The position numbers and the translations under genes were made by a program. The notes beneath the pieces were generated by a model. The model saw only the letters and a program-made list of their open reading frames with translations, did no database searches and had not been told where the DNA came from. From assembly GCA_037447605.1 (NCBI GenBank), contig CM074809.1, forward strand, positions 3,648,689 to 3,712,688: 64,000 bases of DNA, in the 5' to 3' direction. Source of the DNA: Zygnema circumcarinatum SAG 698-1b (lineage: Eukaryota; Plantae; Zygnematophyceae). Position 1 is the stretch's first letter. Each line of letters opens with the position of its first letter. Shown piece by piece: positions 44,175 to 55,427 of this stretch.

Positions 44175-45033
44175 CTCTTTCGTCGGCAGGGAGTTTTTGG
44201 GACTGCCAATTCGGCTTCGAAGCCTTTCGCTTTCAAATGAGACTGTCCACGACTTGCCTTAACTTGACTTGACTTGACTTGATTTAACTGGCTCCGACTT
44301 TGTCTTTTGACGCTTTCCAGTTGAATCGCACGCTCCGTAGAACCGCCTGCATGGAAGTAGTCTGACACGGCAGTAAACAGCAGCCTCTAAATGGCCCATC
44401 TTCAAGTCGCCCTCCCACGCTCTCGAAATGGTCAAAATTGCCCCCCTAGGCTTCGTTCCCTCTGATTGGCCGCCAAAGGAGAGCCTCTGGAAATGGCTGC
44501 CCGGTCCCGTCAAGGCGGGGATAGTCAGGGAGGGAGAACTCCGAAGCACATCAGTGTTCAACATAACCAAAGCTTTTCAAGCGGTTTCACGGTCCAAGTA
44601 TGCAACTATGGAACTCGTACGAGCTTGAAAAAGGGTATGACCCAAGTGAATGTGTGCTTCCCGTGACAAGGGCACGTTTGGTTTGTAAAACCACACATCA
44701 CCCCTGCTTCTAGCCTCATCTCCTTCCTATCGACCTTTCGTTCATAACGATATATAAAATGATTGAATGAATGGTGACGCGTTTTCTCTCGTTGCCCATC
44801 GCCCATTCACAAGCAGCCCGTCCCCCCACATGGCTCCTCCCAACACACACATAGTTCCACAGAGCATGAAGCGCAACATGCGATGGCGGCGCAGGCCCAA
44901 TGGTCCTGGCTCCGTTCCACGAAACCTTTCCGCCGTTCCACGGGATTGTGCGCGTCGCTGTTCCACGGGACTGCCGCCGTTCCGCATAACGGCTCCCGTT
45001 ACGCCGCCTCCCCTCGGCCTGTCCCGCCGGCCA

Positions 45034-45196
45034 TGGAGGCTTCGGGAAGGACGACAGAGGGCGAGGGTGGCTGTGGAGGCGTCGAGACTCGCCATGGCGG
45101 CGCCAAGCTGGCGCTCCTCGCCCTGCTGGCGGCCCTTCCGGACGCTGCTGGAAAGGCCTCGGAGATGGGATTTCTCTACGGAGCGGCACTATAAAT
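45034..45196 (+). promoter_or_regulatory. sHSP promoter: imperfect heat-shock element and TATA box
   Basis: GAGgcTTCggGAA at ~45036-45048; TATAAAT at 45190-45196, about 160 nt before the ATG. Confidence 0.6.
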
Positions 45197-45349
45197 TAGG
45201 GGGAGGATATGTAGTTTGGAGCAAGGAAGGTTCCGAAGAAAGCAGATATCATCAGCAGACTTGCAGCTATTGAAATCGCGGTGAATAGGCCTTTGCAGCA
45301 GGAATTCTCATTTTAATTGAAGTCAGGAGTGTGAAGGAGAACCAGCGAC

Positions 45350-45838
45350 ATGGCTCTGACTCCGTTCCTGAGCGACCCGTTCTTCAGTAGCGCGCTCTTC
45401 ATGGGCAGGTTTCCGGACGAGTTCAGCTCCCTGTTCGAGCACGGGCCGATGCGCGCGTACGTGCGCGACAGCCACGCCATGGCGAGCACGGCGGTGGACG
45501 TCAAGGAGAGCCCGACGGCGTTCCAGTTCGTGGCTGACCTCCCCGGGCTGAAGCGCGAGGAGGTGAAGGTGCAGATCGAGGATGGCAATGTGCTGAGCAT
45601 CAGCGGCGAGCGCACTCGCGAGACGAAGGAGGACACGGCCACGTTCCACCGCGTGGAGCGCAGCACCGGGAAGTTCCTCCGCCGCTTCCGCCTCCCCCAG
45701 AACGCGGACGTGCATAAGGTCTCGGCCGCAGCGGAGCACGGCGTGCTCACAGTCACTGTTCCCAAGATTCCTCCCAAGGAGCCAGAGAAGCCGCCTGTCA
45801 TTGAAGTGCAGGTGCAGGAAGGCAAGGGTCAGGCATGA
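45350..45838 (+). CDS. Cytosolic class I-type small heat shock protein (HSP20), intronless
   Basis: Alpha-crystallin domain: VDVKESP...FVADLPGLKREEVKVQIEDGNVLSISGER...HRVERSTGKFLRRFRLP...GVLTVTVPK, plus C-terminal IEV. Confidence 0.96.
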   Translation: MALTPFLSDPFFSSALFMGRFPDEFSSLFEHGPMRAYVRDSHAMASTAVDVKESPTAFQFVADLPGLKREEVKVQIEDGNVLSISGERTRETKEDTATFHRVERSTGKFLRRFRLPQNADVHKVSAAAEHGVLTVTVPKIPPKEPEKPPVIEVQVQEGKGQA

Positions 45839-47879
45839 GCTCAGTATTTTACTGCAAAAGGGCCCCTGTGCAATGTGCAGGGTAGCATAGGGGAGATTCA
45901 AAGCGTCGCCTAGCACAACGATATGAAGATGTAAAAGATACTACCTCTGGGTGATAGTTTGTATGGATTGTAGAGGGTGTCGGAGTTCAATATATGCCCA
46001 TGTATCGTAGTTTGCTGCATTTCCTGAATAAATTTCTGGACAGTCCTTCTACACTCTTGATCTCAGACCGACAAGTGGACGGCTCATCAGTCATTTTAAC
46101 TGTTGTTTTTTTTTTTTAATATTTCGTTCCATCTCCTTTCTTGTTCTTTGGCTATTTTTAAACACTCCAATATTCTCACCTTCTCACCTTGGATGCTAGT
46201 CTTTTAGCAGCGGTCTGCGAAAAAGGGAATTGTAAGTTTATGCTTTGTGGTTTTTGTGTAGGCGAAACATGCAGCTTATTTAATGGTTGTACCTGCAGTT
46301 TAATTTCCGGTTGTATGTCGGGTATTCCTCCTACGCTCGGATTGAAGCAAAGGATGTGGCAATTGGTTACTCATTAAAAGGTTAAAGCAACTGCTGACTG
46401 CTTTGGATTTGTACTCCACGACAAGGGTCATGAAACATCCAGGGTACCTTTTCACGTATGGGCCAGTTATAGGCTCCTACATAGCATTTCATCCGATGTG
46501 GCGAGCCGTGATTGTCACAGGAGATTTATGGATACCCAACCCAAGGGTCTTACTTATTTTCAGCCTGTTTGTCTATTTTCAGCTGTACAGAAATTTCGTT
46601 TGCCTTGCTGCAGCGCTTAAAGAAGTATCATGGCTAATGGTGACTCTCAAATGCTATAAACTGAAGTCAAGAAGCAATTGAGGCAGTCCTCTTTCATCTG
46701 GATTTGGTGTTACAAGAGCATAAGCAGCGATCAGACATGTCTGCAAACTCCCGACAAGCGACGAGAAAAACAATCACATTATTTCTAGTTGCAAAATAAT
46801 TTCTTGATACATGAATGGACAAATTGTCTTAAAACTCTGCCTCGTCTGCAGCAACGGCTTCTGGCTGCAGCTATATTACAACTGCGTCATCTCATTGCCT
46901 GCCTGCCAAGCTCTCCTACTGTCCTAACAAACGTTCATGAATGAATAAAGTATCGATGCAAAACTCATGCCATTATTCCCACTACCTAACCTAAATCTGC
47001 ATAGGCTCATTGGCAAGAAGCTCCTTGCCTCTCTTGACGTAGTCCTGCGCTCCTGCTAATAATGCTGCCCAGTTACTGATCCTACTTCATTATATCTCCG
47101 CAGCATGAATTCGACCATTCCATCTCTCTCTCCCCTCCTCTCTCTGACACATCCCGGACATAGACGAATCAAATTTATCATTATTGGCGTCGCGTTGAAG
47201 GCCCAACTGTTACGTTTCAGCATTCCCGCAAAAGAAGGGGAGACTATTCGTGCCCAGATCCGTGCCAGTGTAGCACAGACTTCGCCTGCCATTTCTTCAT
47301 GGCCAGTGGTACCTCCAAACGCGCTAAAGAAACTCCCCGAAAAAATCGCCTTCTTGATCTCGTCTGCGGCTTGTAACTCTTATTTTCCACGCTTTACTTC
47401 AATGAATTCCGATCAGCAACAGAGTTCCTTAGGTCCCCGTCACCATTCACCGCAACAATAAACCCAGTAATACGTAACGACTATCCTGTGCCCCAGGCCG
47501 CTCTGAAAGCCTATGGATTGGCAACACTTAATTGTACTCCCTCAAAGAATTTTTCCCAGTCCGCAAAAAGCGTCTCGCATCCTAACCCGCATCCTCTGTT
47601 CAACATACTCGCCGCAACCCTAAAGCTACACTCATCACTGCAAGCTGCCGGATCTAAACTTGGACTCAGATTTCGGTTAAGCAGCAAACACGCTAGTAAC
47701 GTCACTATTGGCCGACGTCTCCCCTGTATCTTTTTCCACAGAAAAAAAAGACTGCTAAGATTGAAAACTTCTAAGATACCACTCTCTTTACCTTATTTAA
47801 TCTCGTTGATTGAATGCTCTTTGGTTGATTTAACTTCTTGTTTTCCCTCCATCGATACCATTAATTGATTGCGTTGACA

Positions 47880-48524
47880 CTACTCCGTCGCCATAGCCAC
47901 ACTCGTCGACAAAACTAGCAACCCCGAAAAAAAGGGTCCAGAAAACAAATCATAGGAGCCCTCTCCATCACCCTCCCGTTCTCCCACCCTCACCCTCTCC
48001 CTCTCTCTCTCCCGCTCTCTCTCCCTCTCCCTCTCTCTCCCTAGAACTCCTCCGCGCATACTCGGAGGAGCTATTGGAGACAACTTTCCACGAAAGCTCC
48101 TAGTAGGAGGACCCAAACTGGGATCCGCAGGGGAGACCGCATCGCCGCCGGCAGCCATGGCTAAGCTCGAAGCGCCGAGCCACATAGTAGGATTTTGGAA
48201 CAGGGAGAACCCCTCAGTTCCAACACTTCCGCCATTCTTTCCGCACAAGTCACCCCTCGGATTCGCGCCGCCTGCAGCGCCCTTGTACCACGGCGTCCAT
48301 CCCAAGCTCCGCTCGATGCCAGCCTTCGATTTGGAGCCTTTCCCGAGATCTGCAGCAGCGATCCGCGTCCCCACTGCCAGCCATGGCTGACATCGAGGCG
48401 ATTCAGGGCAGAAGGGCGGGTCTTCATTGTTCAGATACTTCGATGCGCTGCGGATCTGCACGTCTCCATAGTTCAGCCATCCGTCGTTCCACAAATCGTA
48501 CACTACCTCCTTGTAATCTGCCAT
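47880..48524 (-). CDS. Orphan ORF of unknown function, possibly the first exon or remnant of a longer decayed gene
   Basis: ATG in good context (aggATGG) after a GA-rich leader and a G-box-containing upstream region; 214 codons; no recognisable domain. Confidence 0.35.
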   Translation of the reverse strand: MADYKEVVYDLWNDGWLNYGDVQIRSASKYLNNEDPPFCPESPRCQPWLAVGTRIAAADLGKGSKSKAGIERSLGWTPWYKGAAGGANPRGDLCGKNGGSVGTEGFSLFQNPTMWLGASSLAMAAGGDAVSPADPSLGPPTRSFRGKLSPIAPPSMRGGVLGRERERERERERERERVRVGEREGDGEGSYDLFSGPFFSGLLVLSTSVAMATE

Positions 48525-49903
48525 CCTCTCCTCCTCTCTCCGCTTCCCTCTTCCTCTCCCTTCCTCTCTCCCTCCCCCCCTGTCTCTCTTCCCCAACCCA
48601 AAATTCACACCCCTCCCTGAGGGCCTTTGCCCTAATTTGGCGGCAGGACCAGGGCCTGCCGTGTGGCGTCAAGTTCGTAAACCCGCGAATCAGAGCGCAC
48701 CACGTAGGATCCAGCACGTGGAAAGCGGCACTGCTTTCCACGCGCTCAGCGGCCTTCGGCCACTGGGGGGGCGCCAGGTGACGGCCTCCCCGGAGATCCG
48801 GAGGCGGAGGCGAATTATCCACCGTCCGATCGGCGATGTTTCCAAGGCGGGGACGGCTGCTCAACAGCAGGAAGGGCTCGTAGGAAAAGTTTTGAAGCCC
48901 TTTTTTGTTGGGAAAAAAATCAGTATGCGGACTCCCTGTCTTCAGTAGTACTGAAGATTTTTCGGTTTTACCGTACAGTACCGCCCCCTTTTTTTCGTTT
49001 TTTTAAACCGTTGGTACTGAACCTTACCGCCTCATGTGAATGCGTTCCCGGTTCAGATTCGCAAAGTCCGCAAAGTCACAATTTTTGGGACAGAAATAGT
49101 AATTCGGGAGAATTTGACAATTTGCGAAAGTTCTCAATTCTTGAAGGGGGGTTTCTAAGATCCGATCGCGTGAGCAAGTTTGCAAACCGGAAACTTTCTC
49201 CGAATTCGGATTGAAAAAAAGGAAAATGAGACATAAAATTTTCCATATCTGCCTGGAGGTTCTGTCCGCTTACGTGGCGCACTCTGAATGGCTATCAAGG
49301 CGAGTTTCTGTACACGGATCGGCCAACGGTGGAAGTTTCTCAGGTTCTTTATTTTTGACCTTTCATTTTTTTCTCGGGCAGCAGAACGACGAAACATTTG
49401 AAAACGCCGTTTCTGCCCTCTATCAAAACCTTCAAAAAGTCCTTAAAACGAACGTACAGACGACCGTACATGCCGTACCATTTCCGTACATTCCTTTGTG
49501 ACTTTGTACGCTCGTGCGTCATCAACTCATCATACCACGCGTGTGAGATGCACCGTGCCGTACGGTTTCCAACGGTTCGTACGCCGTACAGATTTTGAAC
49601 ATACGGTTTCGTACATTTGTGACATATGTCGCGTCACGACGCTTCCCTGCAACTCGTCTTTGAGGCGGCCATGGCGGCCATGGTGGCTGGCTTTTCAGGC
49701 GAGCTGAGCCATGGCGGGGAGCGGGCGGCCGTCCTGGGATTGCGCAGTAGCGTGTGTATGTAAAGAATGCATGGACGGGAGAAATTGTGGGAGGGAGGTC
49801 TTCCTGTAAAGCCGCACTGGGCTTCCGCTGTTCTTCTTTCTTCGCTGCCAGCTGCCCTCCTGCAACTGCAAACTCTAATCCTGTTTCTCCTTCTAAGCTC
49901 GAG

Positions 49904-51627
49904 ATGGGAAACGAAGGTGATGTAGGGGAAGGTAGTGGCAGGCGGAGGAGCTTGGACGAAATGGAGAGGGAGAGGGAGAGGGAGAGGGAGAGGGAGGGGG
50001 AGGAGCAGTCTCCTGCCTCGCTGCACAGTCCCCTTGCTATAGCCATGGCCGACCTGGACGCTGAGACCGCTGCTTGCCTTTCTCCTGAGATACCCTTAGG
50101 GAGAGCTCCCAGTGGGAGCAATGGCATTCCTATTGAGGACGCTGCTGCGGTGGCGACTCTGTCGTACTCGACGGTTTTCCATACAGCGAAGGAAGGGAAG
50201 AATGTCAGAGCTGCGGCTGTTATCCTCACAGACATAGACAATGGCAGGGGAGGGGAGGAGGGTCCCTCACGAGAAGGAGATGCGGAGCCGCAGGGGGAAC
50301 AGCGTGAATGCGAGGATATCTTTGTGAACAGTGGCAGTGATGTAGGAAATAGAACTGGCACAGAGAAGAGAGAGGGAGAGGATGAGGGAGGTAGAGATGG
50401 AGATGTTTTAATTTGTCGTGTATGTCATTTTGAAGTGCGGGAAGACGGCTTAATGCTGCAGTGCGGATGCAAGAAGAGCATGGCTGTCACGCATATGGAG
50501 TGCGCTCAGCTCTGGTTCTCTTTCAAGGGCGATGGGTATGTTTCCTTCTACATTTTTGCCTTTTCCTCTCAGGAGACCATGACTGAATGACCATGACCAC
50601 TCCTTGTTTCTTTGGTCGAAATCCGAATGTGTAGCAAGAATGTAAGGTTAGGTTGTGACTCTGGCTGCACTTTGCTTCCTTTTTTTCCTTCCATTTTAGC
50701 ATCCTTTCAACGGCTCACCCTCGCGGCAGAGTTAAGGTACTTTCTTAGTAGTCGCAGAACAGATATACTTTCGGAATCGTACCTAAAGATTACTCCACCA
50801 CCATATTCCATGTCACGTATTAAGAGAATCAGGGGTACAGATTGCACGACTAGTGTTACTACTATCATGCATAGGTGTATCTGGTGTACGACGTAGAGTG
50901 TAAAGACTTTATCAGCAAAAAGAAATTAGACTTAAGGAACAAAAACACAATAATACGAAACGGAGATATGTATACATTCGTAGCATAGCTGTATGATTGC
51001 AAGTCAGCTCTCCTTTGTAGGCTCGACTCGACTCGACTGTCCTCGGGCAAGTCAGAGAGTACAGGGTGATCTCACCGTGCTGGCCTGACAATCCTACATT
51101 ACACTGTCAATCTTTCCGAACGCCGAACATTCTGCGGGAAAGGACTAAGCTCTTTAATTGACATCCATGAAAATACAGCAATTTATACTGGTGATTTGCG
51201 CATTTAAGTATAAATTCCTCGAAACGAGAGCCTACCTTCGCAGGCATTGAATGCAGGCACGATTCAGAGGTTCTACGAGAGAAGTGCTTGCTCGGTATAA
51301 TTCCTTTCGCCATCACATTTGTTGCAATATTATGTGCTTGCAAGCTTCGTTATTGACTCCACGTGATAAGCGGCTTGCAGAATATGTGAGATATGCTCAA
51401 AGCCGGTGCTCAACCTTCCTCCTTGCTCCCTTGCAAGCACGAAAGGAGATACAGCCGAGCCCCCTCCTCCTCCAGAATGTCCCTCCTTCTGCCCCTTGCA
51501 GCTGCGGGAGCGTGCCCTCCAATGCATAGCAACCGCACTCGGTTGCCTCACTCTCGGAGTCGGGCCCTGCTTGCAATCCATGAGCGAAAGGGATCAAGAG
51601 GATACCGAAGTCTTGGGCGAAGGCTAG
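49904..51627 (+). CDS. RING-CH (RINGv, C4HC3) zinc-finger protein, 2 exons (49904-50535, 51381-51627)
   Basis: CRVCH...LQCGCKKSMAVTHMECAQLWFSFKGDG/ICEIC completes the RING-CH motif across a GT-AG intron. Confidence 0.88.
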
Positions 51628-53804
51628 CTTGCTATTAGGTGTGTTTTGAGATATATTTGGTAGATAAAGCTGGTCACATAGTGCTGCCGGCCTCCACTTC
51701 TATCAGGTCAGAAAGTGTTGGCAGGAATAACGTTATAGCGCGACCTATTATTTTTCTTGTAGGTGCAGTTATGCAGAGATGTACTAATACTTAGGTCGAG
51801 CCGAAACTGGTTTCGAGCAAGTGGAACTCGGAATGTGTATTTTCAAATATAGCCCTTCCAGCTAAAGCTTTTTCCTCGTCTTCTGTGAGTTTGCTCTATG
51901 TTTTGGTTTCTTTCAGAAGGTTCTTTGGCTAGCAGGGGAATGCCATGGATTCAAAGGGTTGTCCATTCGAAGGGGCTTTCCAATCCAAGCTCTGAATGTT
52001 TTGAATTCCTCGCAAATCACAAAGTGTGAGAGATGAGTCGTAGTGCAAATAACCTGCAAAGGAACGTACCTTAAGCCATGCAAAACATTACTTTTACAGT
52101 CGTCTGAACCATGAAAAGTGTTAGAAAACCTATATGGGAAGGACCCCTGGTGGCTGGTGCATCTAAAATGTTATAAGGCATAGATGCATCAGTTAGTTCC
52201 ATTTCAATTTTTAAAATTTTTAAACTTGTACTGAAAACTGTTTCAATAAAATGAACCGTTTGATTGATTGTTTTATGCATAGGCAATCTTTTTTCCATAG
52301 CTTATCTGCCAGTACAATGAGATGCATAATATTTTACATGATTCAGAAGTTCCACGACTAATGGAAAGAACGTTGAGGGTGCTTAAGCTTACACCTCTCA
52401 CGTCTGGCAGGCAATCGCAACATTAATTTTCTTCCTCCACCTTCGTATCCAGTGACTTTAGATTAGCTAGTAAAAAAGGTGGCTAGGCCGTGGGGGGTCG
52501 AGAAGGCCTAACTCCCGCCCCTCCTTTGTGTGAGTACGTATAGGCTCTAGCTACCCTTCGTCTACATACAGTAGACTCCCTCCTGCTATGCTAAGTGGGT
52601 GAATGCAATTTTTTGATAGAGGAATGGGAAGCTTTTGCAGTGGAGCTAGCACTCCTCAGGTGGTGGCCACACAACACATCCTTCTCTTTCTTGGAGACAA
52701 AATTCCGTAAATATCAATGCTGCCAACTTCGAGGTGTCCCAAGCCGCCAAGGAACAGGGGGCGCCCCTCGAAGGTCCAAGCAGTGCTGGGGGAGGAGGGG
52801 GAGGCCGAAGTCGGGAATTAATTTTGCACGCTGCATGTCAGAGATGATGAATCAGATGAGAAAAACATTGGAGAGTTATGCCTTTTTAAACTCGTGACAC
52901 TCATCCAAGGGTCACAAGTATAATAGCCCAAGATATAGCTCATTGCACCACAACATCTACCCTCAAGTATTGGCAAAATTGAGCAATCAACCTTGACGCA
53001 AAGCCAGAATCGTTCATTTTAAGTGCTGTAAAAGTGGATAGAAATCACGTACTTGGACGTAATCGTGAAGGTGAGAACGAAAGCAGATATTTCTCGGAGC
53101 CCGCCTCGGTTAACAACCTCATTTCTTCCTGCAATGCCGAAAGGGGAAGCAAATCAGCAACCGTTGGCTTAGCAGGCTTGAAACACCCAAAGGCAGCCAG
53201 TTCAGAACACGTGCATTTCGGGATTCCTGGCAGCAGACAGGCAGCAGAGAATGTACAAATAATTGCAATACAATAATCAGAAGCGAAGGGACTACAAGGA
53301 AAACTTCTCTACTGCTCATTGCACTCGCTCTCTGCAGACACAGTCGGCTACGTGCATCGCAAACACTGAAGCAGGAAAACAAAAGATGTCTGCTTGTCTG
53401 CTGCCCGTTTGCCATCAGACTCACCCTTTCTTTGCGCTCCGACTTCTCGAACTCGTCAACCACTCCTGCCGTACTTAACCCAATCAAGAGGTATCACTGT
53501 TGTGGAACTGGAGGAGATAGCTGAGTGTGAGCAAGCCAAGAAGTTGAGGAACAAGAGGAGGAGTGCGATTTATCTCCGCCACACGACTCGTAAAGCTGCT
53601 ACAACACTTGTGCAGCCATCTAAGCTATTCAAGCGCTTCAGACATTCGTTTATCTTCTTGTCTTGTTGGGCCTCCGAGAAGCATTTCTGCATTATCTGCT
53701 TCTCTCCTTCGTGAACGTGCCGACTAAAACATGCCTCACCCTGCGGGTCTACGTCAAATGCAAAGCTGCAAGAGAAAACCCTAATTTTGCTTCTCCAGCA
53801 GGGT

Positions 53805-54431
53805 TTACAATGCCCTTCCACCTCCCTCCTCCCCCGGAAACTTCTTTACATCCTCATCCCTATCCAAATCCTCTGCATCCTGTCGTCCCTTCCTTTCAAA
53901 GTAAACATCCCCTGAGACAAACCTCCTCACCACATCCTCCCTCCTCTCCAAAGTCCTCCGCAATGCTTCCGCTTTCTCCTTCTCCATGCACTCCTTCTTT
54001 ATCTCTCGCTTCGATCTCTTCATTCTCTCCTGCACAGCTTTCCATTGCTCTGGCACAAGGCTTTCTCTTACAACTGCTTCCTCCTTCCGTGGCGGAGGCT
54101 TTCTAGCAGGCTCGATCCTCTCAAACACATGGCAGAAAATTCCATCATCGTCCTCGTTATCCACCACCTTCTTCTCTTTCCTTTTCTGTCTGCCCTGGCC
54201 TTCACTCCTCCTAAGCGAAGTCTTACCTCGATCTCCGGCTTCCTCAATCGGCAGCCATGGCGGCAAAGGCAACTGCCTCGCTACTGCCTTCTCTTTCGTC
54301 GCTTGCTTCGTCCGCGGCTGCTCCTCACAGCGCAGGAAAGTTAGGGTTTGAAAGTTTGAAGAGATTGCAGGGCCCCGGGGGCTGAGAAGCAATAGAGGAG
54401 GCTGACTCGCCGACAGGACGGAGAGCGCCAT
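53805..54431 (-). CDS. Probable plastid-targeted protein; resembles the non-ankyrin N-terminal part of chloroplast AKRP-type proteins
   Basis: MALSVLSASQPPLLL... is transit-peptide-like. LVPEQWKAVQERMKRSKREIKK resembles my recollection of the AKRP N-terminal segment. No ankyrin exons found downstream. Confidence 0.45.
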   Translation of the reverse strand: MALSVLSASQPPLLLLSPRGPAISSNFQTLTFLRCEEQPRTKQATKEKAVARQLPLPPWLPIEEAGDRGKTSLRRSEGQGRQKRKEKKVVDNEDDDGIFCHVFERIEPARKPPPRKEEAVVRESLVPEQWKAVQERMKRSKREIKKECMEKEKAEALRRTLERREDVVRRFVSGDVYFERKGRQDAEDLDRDEDVKKFPGEEGGGRAL

Positions 54432-55427
54432 GGCGGCAGCGTATACCTTGAAGATGTGCGGAGCTCTCTCTATGGCGAGGAAACGGCGTGCGCGCGCCCT
54501 AATGAACAAGCAACCCTAAAGTAATTCCAGATGCTTTTTTAGGATTTTTAGACCTTTAGGGTTGTTCTAGAAAGCTGGTTCGTATGTGGGTTTAGACTCG
54601 GCAGTCTGCACTGACGGCTTTAGTAGCTTTTGCTTTTGCTTTCACTGGCTCTGCAAAGCGAATCTTCACCACCCACTCGCCATCATGAGCAGGACCATCC
54701 AGGAACACTCACTGACGAGCGGTTTTGCTTTTGTTATTAGCCCACGACCTTCTTAACAACCTATTGTCTACGCTTTACAGGTGAGTGCCATGCTATGGTC
54801 TGCCACTTACTGCAATATCTCGAGGAATGTGTGGAAGCAGATTACAAAAACAAACTGGTTTTTGGTATAACATGAAAAAACGATGTGAATGGCTACCAAG
54901 CTGTCGTATTGCCCTGAGATCAATTGACGGGAGACATTCTCTCCCTGAATTGAGCTACTGCCTCTTTTTCTGTCTCTTTTTTCTTCTATAGGAAGTTATT
55001 TTCTTCCTAAAATCCTCCTATAAGATTGGGTGTACCTTTGTTCAAGAGCGTGCAGACTTTTACGCAAAGTGAAGCTGAAACTGTTTACATCGAGGAGCAT
55101 TGCAAGGATCGCAATCATCAAAAACACAACGAGCAAATGACTGTCAGGTCTGTCCTCTTCCACCTTGCCAACATTACGTTCACTTTGTCATTGCTGGCAC
55201 GTTAAATGTTGAGCTGTAATCGTGCATCGATCCCTTTGAGAAAAAAAAAAAAAAAAATTACATTACATTCATACGAGTTTCCTGTGACAGCTAGTGGACC
55301 ACTCGTAAACACTGCAACTGCAAAATGTTTTCAATATTATGCACGGCAATTCGTACAAAAAAGGACCCAAACGCACGCACACCCACCACAGCAGCAAGGC
55401 CATTTTATGCACAAGAGTAGGCACACA

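Noticed and set aside
45313-45916. Long antisense ORFs over the sHSP gene
   Set aside because: Shadow ORFs caused by GC-rich codon usage.
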